Positions 17,837 through 27,410 of a stretch of 64,000 bases of DNA are shown piece after piece (position 1 is the first letter of the stretch; the number at the start of each line of letters is the position of its first letter). The stretch spans positions 27,878-91,877 of IMG/VR virus record IMGVR_UViG_3300046469_000011; one strand, 5' to 3'. This DNA is from a virus. Its lineage: Duplodnaviria; Caudoviricetes. A program made the translations under genes and the position numbers. The notes beneath the pieces were generated by a model. The model saw only the letters and a program-made list of their open reading frames with translations. It was not told the origin of the DNA and ran no database searches.

Positions 17837-18355
17837 CTACTGGATCTGCGGCTGATCCGCTTGGACATTCAGATCGATGGCGTCGCCCATCACGAGATAG
17901 AGCGTCGAAGATCCGACTGTCGAGTTTGATGCCGCGCCATTCGGAGCGCCAGTCTGATTGACGCAAACGTAGAGAGCGGTCTTCGTCTGAGCGGGCGTGG
18001 GAAGCCCGGTTTCGGGGTCGAACTGCTCTGCGGCGACGACCAGCGGCTTGCTCGTGACGGCTGCGCTGGCCTCCGTGGCACCACCGTAGCCCGTCGAAGC
18101 GGAGGCGAGCGAAACAGCGCCCGAACCCAGCGTGGTAAAGACGGTCTGATCACCGGACTCAGAAAATCCGAAATCGGCGTGTGGTGTGGTGCCGTCCCAA
18201 GCTTCATCGGTGACGATGAACGCGCCGTAGATGACGCTGAGCCAGTCGGGAATGACTACCTCGGCACCCGTGGCGATATTGGGTGTCTTGGGCGTGAACC
18301 GAAACTTGTAAAGAGCCAGCGGTTGCTGATTCTTGTCAGTCGGCGTAATGCTCAT
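17837..18355 (-). CDS. Hypothetical beta-rich protein, possibly a capsid cement/spike
   Basis: 172 aa, AGGAGG RBS; VTDEAWDGT motif; lies between the two terminase genes. Confidence 0.55.
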   Translation of the reverse strand: MSITPTDKNQQPLALYKFRFTPKTPNIATGAEVVIPDWLSVIYGAFIVTDEAWDGTTPHADFGFSESGDQTVFTTLGSGAVSLASASTGYGGATEASAAVTSKPLVVAAEQFDPETGLPTPAQTKTALYVCVNQTGAPNGAASNSTVGSSTLYLVMGDAIDLNVQADQPQIQ

Positions 18356-18887
18356 CTTTTTCCTCCTGGGGGTCTATAACAACGTCAACAGCCTCTACGA
18401 CAATCGGTGCGGAAGACCTGGATTCGATTTCTTTCCGCAGCGCCATTGCCGAATAGCCCGTAGTGAGTTTTTCCGACAAGAACGACATCAATTCTGCACG
18501 GTCCCGCTTCTCGTCTTCCTGGCCCTGCTCCTTGAGAAGTATCTTAGCCTCTTCGCGCTCTACCCCCAACCAGGCTTCAGCCGCCTTGATGCGGATGTGA
18601 ATCGGCTGATTATCGGAAATCCCATCCTTGAAGACTTCAATGATCGCCTGGGCATTTTTTTCCTCACGAGCGGCCTCGGCGACCAACTGAGCAACCCGGT
18701 CGCGCTTCGGTGCGCGTTTGCGGGGTTCTGAGCCGGGGCGAGCTACAAAGCCCCCATCCTGAGCGTGACGCCGCTTGGCAAGCTCTGAGAGCCTCTGACG
18801 GCCCTCGTAGGAGACGTGGCGGGGCAGCTTGGCAGTTCCCTTGCCCGTACCAGGCGCGTTCCCAATCGGGGGCCGTGGTCGCGTCAT
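18336..18887 (-). CDS. Putative terminase small subunit
   Basis: Position upstream of terL; basic N-terminus plus helical RIKAAEAWL segment. Confidence 0.45.
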   Translation of the reverse strand: MTRPRPPIGNAPGTGKGTAKLPRHVSYEGRQRLSELAKRRHAQDGGFVARPGSEPRKRAPKRDRVAQLVAEAAREEKNAQAIIEVFKDGISDNQPIHIRIKAAEAWLGVEREEAKILLKEQGQEDEKRDRAELMSFLSEKLTTGYSAMALRKEIESRSSAPIVVEAVDVVIDPQEEKDEHYAD

Positions 18888-19522
18888 ACGGCAATCTTAC
18901 AGGCTTCTTCTTCGATTTCCCATAGCGGCAAGTCGAAGCGATGGCACCACTTATCGACGAGTGCGTGGTCGGGATTTTCCCCGGTTTCCCAAGCTCGAAG
19001 CCGACGTTTCTCGGAATCGGTGGGGAGGACACCATTGATACGACCATGTGCATAGAACCGCCTGAAATACGCTGCCACCACACGGCCATCGAGAAATTCC
19101 TTGGGGTTCTCAATATCCAGCTTGGCGCGGACCTTGCGACCTTTCGCTTCTCTCCAAAAGCGGTCGTACTCGCGGCGCAGAGCCATCCACTCAGGAATCT
19201 GTTTTAGCTCGTGATATCGCTGCCTGCGTAGAGCGTTTTTCTTTTCCTCATACTGCGGCGAGCGAGGATCTCCTGCCGGATACCAATTCCTTGGCCGGTG
19301 ACCGCGCCTTTCACGCTGTATGCGAGCCTTGCATGTGCGGCAATAGGAATCCAGCCGGTCAGGCTTGGTCTGCTGGCGATCAGCCCACTTCAGACAAGAA
19401 AAATCTGATATGTGCCGCCAACGGCCACATATCTGACAGAAATGCCTGCCTAGTGGATATCGCTCTTCAAATGTGGTCGGGAGGGATCTCCCCGTCTGAG
19501 GATCTCGTTTGGTGATCGCCAT
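18884..19522 (-). CDS. Zn-finger protein (CxxC...CxxC) with possible C-terminal HTH
   Basis: CQICGRWRHISDF...DRLDSYCRTCK, as in N-termini of HNH-associated proteins. Confidence 0.55.
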   Translation of the reverse strand: MAITKRDPQTGRSLPTTFEERYPLGRHFCQICGRWRHISDFSCLKWADRQQTKPDRLDSYCRTCKARIQRERRGHRPRNWYPAGDPRSPQYEEKKNALRRQRYHELKQIPEWMALRREYDRFWREAKGRKVRAKLDIENPKEFLDGRVVAAYFRRFYAHGRINGVLPTDSEKRRLRAWETGENPDHALVDKWCHRFDLPLWEIEEEACKIAV

Positions 19523-19937
19523 CTATCTCGGTGATGAAAATGGTGGTGGAAGGCCAAAGCGCCCAACGGCGCTCTGCTCTGACTCGGGCTATTTGAACAT
19601 CATCCTGATAGGCGCGGGAATTCAAGGCATCCATGACAGTCTTCAGCGCGTTATCCAGATCAGGCTTTTTGTTGCATGGGATGGGGTTGCGGACTCCTTC
19701 GAGCGAAAGATTCCCGTTCTTGCGGAAATGCCCCTGAGGCCGAACCACATCCACGATGATCTGAATTTCAATAGGGACTTTCCCCTCGATGCGAGGCTCA
19801 CCCGCCTCCCTCCATACCGCTCTGATGTCATTTTCAGAAACGATGTTGGAAGGAGGCGAATAAGCTCTCCGCGTCCGGGGGTCGAAACGCGGCCTCCCCT
19901 TAGTTGAAGGCTTGCCAGATACCTTGAGTTCAATCAC
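19467..19937 (-). CDS. rusA: RusA-family Holliday junction resolvase
   Basis: GKPSTKGRPR...KKPDLDNALKTVMDALN..AYQDD.QI. Confidence 0.9.
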   Translation of the reverse strand: MIELKVSGKPSTKGRPRFDPRTRRAYSPPSNIVSENDIRAVWREAGEPRIEGKVPIEIQIIVDVVRPQGHFRKNGNLSLEGVRNPIPCNKKPDLDNALKTVMDALNSRAYQDDVQIARVRAERRWALWPSTTIFITEIDGDHQTRSSDGEIPPDHI

Positions 19938-21187
19938 CTACGCGCCCGCTCCCAGGAGTTATGCCGCATCGTCTCAAGGCGCGAGAGGGCCTCATAGACT
20001 TTCTGGTAGGACTCCATTTCACGCTTGGCAGCCAGAGCCATCTGCTCGTGCCTGCGCTGAAGCCGACGCCACTTGCGGACGTTTTCATCGGACTCGATCT
20101 CGGCCTCGATCAGTCCGACTTTCTTCTCCTTGTTGTGATCGTCGTATTTGTCGATCTGAACCATCAGGCTATTTCTGAGCGTGTCGGCAGCTTCCTTGCA
20201 ATGCAGAGCGATTCGCTCGTCGCGAGAAAGCAGATAGCCCTTGTAGTAAGCCAGGGAAGCGAACTGCATCAAATAATCACGCAGGTCGCTGTCGGAAATG
20301 TCTCCCCAGCGCCAGGGCAGATCAGGAGCCTTTTCTTCAGGCGGCTTAGGAACATCCAAGCGCTCGGCGAGTAGTTCATCCTCGACGCGCTCGATCAGCT
20401 TTTGATAGCCCCCAGATCCTTCGCTTCGATTTTCCGCAGGCGGCTCGGCTTCATGTTCTCCGTGCCCACTTTCTGCGCTCTCCGCAGGAGCTTCTGGCTT
20501 TGGCTCAGGGATGGCATCGGCTGGGGCTGCTTCTTGTTTTTCTTGCTGCTCTTCTGGAACCCCCGGCTCATCGGCAGGTATTCCAGATCCGGCTTCACCA
20601 TCCGGGCTTGATACTTCCGGCCCCGGTTCTTGAGGAACGCTCTCTCCTGCTTGCTCTGCCTCGACCCCTTCAGTCTGCCCAGACGGAGCGGCATCAGTTT
20701 TTTGCCCAATTTGGATACCTACTCTTTCTCCTGCTTTCTGTATGTAATCGAGAATTCTTACTCGGCGCTTGTGTGATTGCTCGTATACCCAGACGTGTCG
20801 CAGCACTTCGGCGGCAGCATCGGGTTCATGCTCGATATAGAAATTGATGCCACCTGTGACATCAGAGACACGCTCGTCGCCGTAGCCCTCCCACGGCTCC
20901 ATCTTGGTCAGATTCTCGGGAAATTCAGAGAGATCTTCCGGCTCGGCGACCGGCTCATCTTCCTGACCGGCCTCAGCCTGTGGTCCTGAGCCATTTCCGC
21001 CTGATGCAAGATTGAGAATCTTCTCCACTTCGGCGCTGCGAATGTTCTGCGCCCACGCCTGCTCGGCCATCTGGACAATTTCCTCAGCCGTCTTGATGGC
21101 TGTGGCGTCATCTTCGGGCATCGGACCGTCGAAAGTCTCGTCTGCCTTTGCTTGGGTGATGATTTCTCGTGCTGTTGTGATTTCCAT
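19934..21187 (-). CDS. Hypothetical acidic protein with disordered linker and coiled-coil C-terminus
   Basis: AAAGGAG RBS; Glu/Pro-rich centre; LSRLETMR ending as in recombination-mediator-like proteins. Confidence 0.7.
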   Translation of the reverse strand: MEITTAREIITQAKADETFDGPMPEDDATAIKTAEEIVQMAEQAWAQNIRSAEVEKILNLASGGNGSGPQAEAGQEDEPVAEPEDLSEFPENLTKMEPWEGYGDERVSDVTGGINFYIEHEPDAAAEVLRHVWVYEQSHKRRVRILDYIQKAGERVGIQIGQKTDAAPSGQTEGVEAEQAGESVPQEPGPEVSSPDGEAGSGIPADEPGVPEEQQEKQEAAPADAIPEPKPEAPAESAESGHGEHEAEPPAENRSEGSGGYQKLIERVEDELLAERLDVPKPPEEKAPDLPWRWGDISDSDLRDYLMQFASLAYYKGYLLSRDERIALHCKEAADTLRNSLMVQIDKYDDHNKEKKVGLIEAEIESDENVRKWRRLQRRHEQMALAAKREMESYQKVYEALSRLETMRHNSWERARR

Positions 21188-21324
21188 CCAATCTTCTCCT
21201 TTGTAAACGATTCCGTAGCAAAGCTCGTGGTAGGCCGCCCTTGCTGCTACATCGTATGCAGCGGGGATCGCTTGGCCTCTGACGATGGCAGCGAGAGCGA
21301 GCCTGACATCCTCATAAGATCCTA

Positions 21325-22353
21325 TCAGACTGCCGCCTTCTTTTCAGCCCATCTTGCCCTGACGCGAAGACGAGCAATCTCGGCATCGTAATCCTTGCGG
21401 ATCATCTTGGCGCGGTTCACGCCATTGGACTCAGATAGCTGTGTGCAGCCCTCTCGAAAGTCAAGCTGGCACGTCTTCTTGAAGGGACAATACTGACAGG
21501 GCTTCTGGGACCAGCGCCAGCCATTCGGATGCCCGAATTTTGATGAACGCTTGCCGGGATTCAGTTCGGGGATGAAGTCTTCCTCGAACCAGACCCGCCA
21601 GCGCTTCAGAGTTTCCAGGCCAGCCACCCAGAAATTCTCATCATGATCAACGCGAAACTCAGCCGTGTCCAGAGGATTATCTCGGCTGACATAATAGATC
21701 GTTCCGTGCGTGCAGAGATCTAGATCGCTCAACCACAGACCCAGCTTTTGGTAGTGGCGCACGAAGGCGGTTTCTACCTTGACTTGAGAAACATGCTCAG
21801 GGAATGGACCACGACCAATCTGCATTTCTTGGATTACTTCTGCCTTGCGTTCCTTGATTTCGACGGGAAGCGGTTTGTTGTTGAGAAGGATCACCGCATC
21901 GACTGATCCCGTCAGCCAAGCCTCGGGGTATTCAAACCCCGTCTGCTTATAAGGATCAGCCGACGACAGAAGCATTCCGGAATTTTGGAAGGCTTCAACA
22001 ATCGTCACCTCAGCCTGTTTCCCCGAATCAGCCGTCTGGCGCAGAAGACGCGACATCGGCTCAGACGATGGAAAATCCATCATGCGATAAAGCGCCTGGC
22101 GAGGGCAAGCCATCGGATTGTTGCCAGGGAATTGGCTGCCATGAAAAGAAACATGCCAGGGATTCCCGTGCGGAGAATCATCAGATTGCTCACGCAGGAT
22201 CTTCTCTTCAGAAATTCTGAACGCCTGATCGACGAGTGGCTCGACCGTGCGAATCAACTGAAGGCGCGTGAAGAATTCAGCGCGGGTCAGCTTTCGCAAG
22301 CCCAGCATCGACTTCAGTTGCAAGCCGAGTATGTCTTGCCGGGTGTAATTCAT
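21325..22353 (-). CDS. Cas4-like PD-(D/E)XK exonuclease
   Basis: CPRQ...GSVDAV...VEIKE...H..Q...YYVSRD...CQYCPFKKTC. Confidence 0.8.
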   Translation of the reverse strand: MNYTRQDILGLQLKSMLGLRKLTRAEFFTRLQLIRTVEPLVDQAFRISEEKILREQSDDSPHGNPWHVSFHGSQFPGNNPMACPRQALYRMMDFPSSEPMSRLLRQTADSGKQAEVTIVEAFQNSGMLLSSADPYKQTGFEYPEAWLTGSVDAVILLNNKPLPVEIKERKAEVIQEMQIGRGPFPEHVSQVKVETAFVRHYQKLGLWLSDLDLCTHGTIYYVSRDNPLDTAEFRVDHDENFWVAGLETLKRWRVWFEEDFIPELNPGKRSSKFGHPNGWRWSQKPCQYCPFKKTCQLDFREGCTQLSESNGVNRAKMIRKDYDAEIARLRVRARWAEKKAAV

Positions 22354-22836
22354 TTACTGGCTGCCGATAGAAAGATAGGTGTATTCAGAAAAGCTAGGAG
22401 ATAGACGCGACATCGCAATCTGCCCCGGACCAGCATCAGTCCCATGTGAGTCAACAATCGGATCTGAAATGCCACCCTCATACACGATGGCAGCATGATC
22501 CGCTCCATTGGGACCAAACACGACTATGGAGCCTGTGAGAGTCGCCAGCGGGTCAGAGAAATGGCTCAGGTGAGTGTAAAACTCGCCGCTGTCGCCATAG
22601 CCGTTATACCCGTTCCCAGATGGATCTTTGAAGCCGCAGAAGTGGAAGAGCATCATCACATAGCTAGAGCAATCCATTTCTTGCTTGATGCCTTTACGGA
22701 AATCCCGGTCGAGATCAGACTCGTACAGGTAAATATCCGCTTCCGGGCGCTGCTGTATATAACCAATCCACTGATGGTTCGCCATCGTCCAGTCCATAAC
22801 GGACTTCAGATGGTCGCGCTGATCTTGTCTGATCAT
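22354..22836 (-). CDS. NlpC/P60-family cysteine peptidase (possible cell-wall hydrolase)
   Basis: YIQQR...DCSSYV...GSIVVFG...HAAIV...SHG. Confidence 0.7.
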   Translation of the reverse strand: MIRQDQRDHLKSVMDWTMANHQWIGYIQQRPEADIYLYESDLDRDFRKGIKQEMDCSSYVMMLFHFCGFKDPSGNGYNGYGDSGEFYTHLSHFSDPLATLTGSIVVFGPNGADHAAIVYEGGISDPIVDSHGTDAGPGQIAMSRLSPSFSEYTYLSIGSQ

Positions 22837-23039
22837 GCGAGCTTCGTCTCCAAGAAGTCAATCGCCTTTTCGATGGCGGCTTTTACAAAAAGCTCAGTGG
22901 ACGGACTTACCTCGCGGCCACCGTTGATACGGCGAACTTCATCCAAGCCATCCTCGGTGGCTTTCTCACGAATCTCCTGCCTGATGACCAACCTCATTTC
23001 TTGCCCTTCTCCTTTTTGAGCAAATCCTTCTTGATCCAA
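22833..23039 (-). CDS. Hypothetical protein
   Basis: Tiles the operon, ATGA overlap. Confidence 0.55.
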   Translation of the reverse strand: MDQEGFAQKGEGQEMRLVIRQEIREKATEDGLDEVRRINGGREVSPSTELFVKAAIEKAIDFLETKLA

Positions 23040-23179
23040 CGATTCTTCACTATCACGTCTCCATGAAGATCGCCGCCTGGATCAATTCGCTTAGTATGAA
23101 CAGAACGACCATCTTCCAGAGTCGCCATATCGCACAAGCCTTTGTGGCGCTCACGCCCGCAAATCCGACAAACCCTCAT
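22994..23179 (-). CDS. Hypothetical small Zn-binding protein
   Basis: CRICGRERHKGLC; ATGA overlap with recA. Confidence 0.55.
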   Translation of the reverse strand: MRVCRICGRERHKGLCDMATLEDGRSVHTKRIDPGGDLHGDVIVKNRWIKKDLLKKEKGKK

Positions 23180-24204
23180 TGCTCCCTCGCTGAGTCCAAA
23201 GCTATATCGTGAATGTAGTTCTGAAGCTCTCCGTTGTCTTTGATGAATTCCCGCAAGCCTGGATCACCGTGGAGCTTGGTCACAGAACCATCTTCGTCTG
23301 TGTACCACCAATACGCGCCATGTTGCTCCACCACTTTGTAATGCTTGGCGGCTTTCATAAATTCATACACCCGGTCATATTCGAGCGAGTCAAGATCATA
23401 CCGGAGCGTGGCTGTCCTGAACGGACGGCATACCGATGATTTCTCCACACGGATCTTGATCTCCTGACCGGCTGGCGTGGATTGCCCATCAACGCCTTTA
23501 TTGGCCGTCGTCTTCGGCTCAAGGATTCCGTCGTTGGTGCGATACAACCAACCGGATTTTTTGAAGAGGACGGACATCGAGCTTTGGTGATCGAAAACCT
23601 TGCCGCCCGCTGGATCTTCAGAACCCGTCTTGAAATTTACTCGCACCTGATCAATCAGGATTGCCGTGTTCTCGGTTGGATCGAAGCGCTCATTGAGACG
23701 CCGGAAGACTTTTCCCCAAGCGCGAGCATTGATGCCGGGACGCCAATCACGAATGTCGGCGTTTAGCTCGTCTTCTGAGACGGCGATGGAGCAGGAATCG
23801 ATCACATGAAGATGGATCACGCTGAGAAGCGCTTCCATCTTGTCGCCGATCTCTTCCACACTGGTCCCCTCGACCACTGTAAGGCTGCTGGTGTCAATTC
23901 CCTTGCGCTCGGCGAAGTCCCCCTCGTAGCGCTTCTCGACGTTGTAGTAGGCCACGCTCAGGCCCATCGCTTGAGCCTCGGCCATCACTGAATAAGCCGT
24001 CATCGTCTTCGTTGAACCAAATCCTCCATAAAACCGCGTCCAACGGCCTTGAGGAACACCGCCGCCCATTGCAACATCAAGCTCAGGAGAGCCAGTAGAG
24101 ATCGCATTCGTCTTGAAAAACTCATTGCCCATGTGGAGTGAGTTTTCATACTTTCGATTGATGCGGTTTACAATTTCTGAGTATTTACTTGTGTCCACGG
24201 TCAT
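23176..24204 (-). CDS. recA: RecA/UvsX-like recombinase
   Basis: ISTGSPELDVAMGGGVPQGR, variant Walker A GGFGSTKT, VIDS, LIDQVR, PAGGK. Confidence 0.9.
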   Translation of the reverse strand: MTVDTSKYSEIVNRINRKYENSLHMGNEFFKTNAISTGSPELDVAMGGGVPQGRWTRFYGGFGSTKTMTAYSVMAEAQAMGLSVAYYNVEKRYEGDFAERKGIDTSSLTVVEGTSVEEIGDKMEALLSVIHLHVIDSCSIAVSEDELNADIRDWRPGINARAWGKVFRRLNERFDPTENTAILIDQVRVNFKTGSEDPAGGKVFDHQSSMSVLFKKSGWLYRTNDGILEPKTTANKGVDGQSTPAGQEIKIRVEKSSVCRPFRTATLRYDLDSLEYDRVYEFMKAAKHYKVVEQHGAYWWYTDEDGSVTKLHGDPGLREFIKDNGELQNYIHDIALDSAREQ

Positions 24205-27200
24205 GCAACAGCTTCCTCCAAGTCTGCTTCAGCTTCTTCAACCATATCGGTGATGTTGGCAACGCCACGAGCTATTACCTGAACGGTTCCTTGCCATTCA
24301 TCTTTGGTCCCGTTGACCATGACGGTATTGCCCACGTAGAGATATTTCTCGAACTCGGCCAACGCTTCCGACCAGAAGCGAACTCGCCATTCGTTCATTT
24401 CGAAGCTGATCGTGACCGTGGCGAAATCGTTCCCATTCTTCGTCTTCTTCTTGTCGAATTTTGTGATCTCGCCACCCACGATCACGTTCGCCTTGTTGGG
24501 CAGTTCTTCGACTTCCTCTTGGGTATAGATGTTGGGCGAGATTATGTATGCGTACTGATCGGCCTCGGAAGTGCCCACGATGACCATCCGCAGGCGGTCT
24601 TTCTCCCACATGGCGATCTGCTTGCCGGAAGCCCCATCACGAGCGCCAAAGACATCGAAAGCGCCTGCCTCAGTGAGCGCCGTGACGACCTTCTTGTTGA
24701 CCTTCGAGCCGCAGACCTGGCGAACATGCTCGATGCTCTCGTAATCGACGACGCGATTTTTGATGATCAACGCAGCAGCGACCTCGCCCACATCCTTGAT
24801 AGCCAGCAGACCGAAGCGCAGGGCATTGCCGTCAATCGACCAGTCAAGCTCGGACTTGTTGATATCCGGTGGAAGGAATTTCACGCCATGCTGCTTGGCC
24901 GACTTCACCACACCGCTCATAAAGTCCTGCTTGGCCGCAGGCGTATTGCCGGACGGGAAGGACAGAATGGACGCATAAAATTCCAGCGGATAATGCTCCT
25001 TCAGCCACGCATCCTGATATGCCTGAAGCGCATAGCAAGCTGCATGGGATTTATTGAAGTTGTAGGAGCCTCGGTCGAGGATAAATCCCCACACCTGATG
25101 GGCGGCGTGAGGATCTACGCCGTTCGCCATGCAGCCGCCGAACCAAAGCTCTTCATGCTGGCTCATATATTCCTTGGCGGCTCTACCACCCTTGATGCGG
25201 TATAGCTTGCCCATTGCCTTGCGAAGATCATCTGCCTCGGCTTCGCTGAAGCCAGCCATCCGCTTAGCAAGCTCCATGATCTGCTCTTGGTAGGCGATCA
25301 GCCCGAAAGTCTCTTCGAGAACGTCACGAGACAGATCGTGCGGATATTCAGGCTCTTTGTCGCCACGCTTGAGCCGTGCGTAATCCCACGTCGCCCCAGA
25401 CTTCATTGCACCTGGGCGATACAGAGCATTGGCAGCACACAGATCCAGCGCTGAGTCGGGCTTGATGGATTTGACCAAGCTGGTGATGCCCTTGGAGCCG
25501 AATTGGAAAAGTCCGATGGTGTCGCCATCACCAAATACGTTGAGGACTGATTGTTCTACATCGCGAGGATCACGAAGCGGGCCAAGCTTGTTCAGATCGA
25601 TCCGCTTGCCGTGACGTTTTTCAATCAGTTCCAGCGCATACGAGTGCCGCTGCAACGACATGATCCCCAGCAGATCAATTTTCTGGAAGCCATTATCAGA
25701 GATCACCATGAATTCGGCGCTATCTGACCAGGACGTGACGAGATCACCGCGCTTACCGCGTTCGAGCGCCATGTATTCGATAATCGGCTTGGGCGTGATC
25801 ACCACGCCAGCCGCGTGCTTACCAGCGTTGGCGACGCTGCCCTCTAGCCTCAGAGCGTGTTCCCAGATGTGTGGGTATTTCGACTTGAATTCTTTGAGGT
25901 GGTCGTTGAGAGGGAGTAGCTCTTCAAGGGTCGTCTCTTCGTCATCTTGTCGAATTTCAATGGTATCCGTGACTGCCTGTGCTTCCTTATACGGAACATC
26001 AAAAGCGCGGCAAAGGCGCTGCAAAACAGACTTCGGTTGGAAACGTTCATGCGTGATGATGTCAGCCACATGGTCAGCACCATATTTCTCGATCACGTAT
26101 TGCTTGACTTCCGCTCGCCGGTCGGATTGCACGTCGATATCGATATCCGGCATACCCTTGCGGCCTGGATTCAGGAACCGCTCAAAAAGCAGGCCCCAGG
26201 GAATTGGATCAACGGCGGTTATCCCGATAAGGTAGGAAATCAGGCATCCCGCCGCTGATCCTCGCCCTAAGCCAACACGGATTCCCTGGCCCTTGGCCCA
26301 CCGCACGATATCGGCGACCATAACCATGTAGGGAATCGCGCCTTTCTCCTTGAGAATATCCCATTCGAATTGAATACGTTTTGCATATTCAACTTCGTCC
26401 CATTTCTTCCAATGATCCTCGGGATATTCGTTTCGAAGTCTATCCATTCCCTCATAAACCCACTTCACCAAAAGGCGATCAGCATCTTCAGGCCTTTCGG
26501 TGACTTTCGGGAGCTTGTCCGTGCGGTCGAGCAGGAATGGTTTGATCGTCTGAGCTAGTCCACCCGTATTGGCGATGGCGTACTCATAAATACGGTCATC
26601 AAGATCGGGATGGTAAATGTCAAACCAATGCTGCATTTCCTGAGCCGACGACAGATAGAGATTCGGGTATAGATCGGCAAGATAGGGAACTTCTTGGCCC
26701 TTTGAGCGCATTTCCTCGATCTTCGCAAAGGTCAGCTTCGAGGCCATCATCTTCGCCACCCGCTGAGTCTCAGCCCACTCGGGATAAACAAAGTGCGTGT
26801 CGTTGGTCGCGATCAGAGGAACAGAAAATTCATTGGCGAGCCGAGCGATCTCGATATTCAGCATCCGCTGTTCATCAAAATCGTGAGGCATGATCTCCAA
26901 ATAGAAATCATCCTTGAAGCGCGTCTTCATTTTCTGAACGTAATCACGCACGGCCACCGAATCTCCTGAAGAAATCAGGTGCGCGAGCCAGCTTTGGAAG
27001 CAAGCTGATGTGGCAATCAAGCCCTCGCTGTGCGTGTCCAGCAGATCATCATCGATACACGGATGCTGATAGAAGCCGCCACCCTCCGACTGATCAGCAA
27101 ACGCCACAGAGCAGATTTTCAAGAGGTTATGCCAGCCCGTGAGGTTCTTCGCCAGCAGGATCAGATGCCATGCCTGGCGCGTCATGCGCGAAGCACGGTT

Positions 27201-27410
27201 GGGCCGGTAATACGCTTCAACGCCGACTATCGGGACGATCCCAACCTTCCTGCACGCAGCGATGTGGTGCAGAGCGCCTGAGAGAGTCCCGTGATCAGTC
27301 TGAGCAAGGAAGCCCTGACCTAGATCAACGGCACGTTGAGCGTATTCCTTGGCCGTCCCGATTCCATCGAGCCTCGAAAATTCTCCGTGTCGATGAAGAT
27401 GCCCAAACAT
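24201..27410 (-). CDS. dnaE: DNA polymerase III alpha subunit (DnaE)
   Basis: PHP motifs HLHRH/TDHG, GRGSAAG, LLFERFLNP.R..MPDIDID, HAAGVVI, FNKSHA, C-terminal OB fold; start 27410 by TGATG coupling. Confidence 0.95.
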   Translation of the reverse strand: MFGHLHRHGEFSRLDGIGTAKEYAQRAVDLGQGFLAQTDHGTLSGALHHIAACRKVGIVPIVGVEAYYRPNRASRMTRQAWHLILLAKNLTGWHNLLKICSVAFADQSEGGGFYQHPCIDDDLLDTHSEGLIATSACFQSWLAHLISSGDSVAVRDYVQKMKTRFKDDFYLEIMPHDFDEQRMLNIEIARLANEFSVPLIATNDTHFVYPEWAETQRVAKMMASKLTFAKIEEMRSKGQEVPYLADLYPNLYLSSAQEMQHWFDIYHPDLDDRIYEYAIANTGGLAQTIKPFLLDRTDKLPKVTERPEDADRLLVKWVYEGMDRLRNEYPEDHWKKWDEVEYAKRIQFEWDILKEKGAIPYMVMVADIVRWAKGQGIRVGLGRGSAAGCLISYLIGITAVDPIPWGLLFERFLNPGRKGMPDIDIDVQSDRRAEVKQYVIEKYGADHVADIITHERFQPKSVLQRLCRAFDVPYKEAQAVTDTIEIRQDDEETTLEELLPLNDHLKEFKSKYPHIWEHALRLEGSVANAGKHAAGVVITPKPIIEYMALERGKRGDLVTSWSDSAEFMVISDNGFQKIDLLGIMSLQRHSYALELIEKRHGKRIDLNKLGPLRDPRDVEQSVLNVFGDGDTIGLFQFGSKGITSLVKSIKPDSALDLCAANALYRPGAMKSGATWDYARLKRGDKEPEYPHDLSRDVLEETFGLIAYQEQIMELAKRMAGFSEAEADDLRKAMGKLYRIKGGRAAKEYMSQHEELWFGGCMANGVDPHAAHQVWGFILDRGSYNFNKSHAACYALQAYQDAWLKEHYPLEFYASILSFPSGNTPAAKQDFMSGVVKSAKQHGVKFLPPDINKSELDWSIDGNALRFGLLAIKDVGEVAAALIIKNRVVDYESIEHVRQVCGSKVNKKVVTALTEAGAFDVFGARDGASGKQIAMWEKDRLRMVIVGTSEADQYAYIISPNIYTQEEVEELPNKANVIVGGEITKFDKKKTKNGNDFATVTISFEMNEWRVRFWSEALAEFEKYLYVGNTVMVNGTKDEWQGTVQVIARGVANITDMVEEAEADLEEAVA

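Noticed and set aside
21325-22353. Cas4-like gene as evidence of CRISPR-Cas
   Set aside because: No other cas genes or repeat-spacer array seen; solo Cas4-like nucleases are common in phage recombination modules.
23990-24040. RecA Walker A variant GGFGSTKT as a sign of inactivation
   Set aside because: Lys-Thr is kept and phage RecA/UvsX proteins tolerate variation at the Gly position.
24189-25205. Long + strand ORFs opposite dnaE (also 55262..56485 opposite the protease)
   Set aside because: Antisense shadows of well-supported genes.
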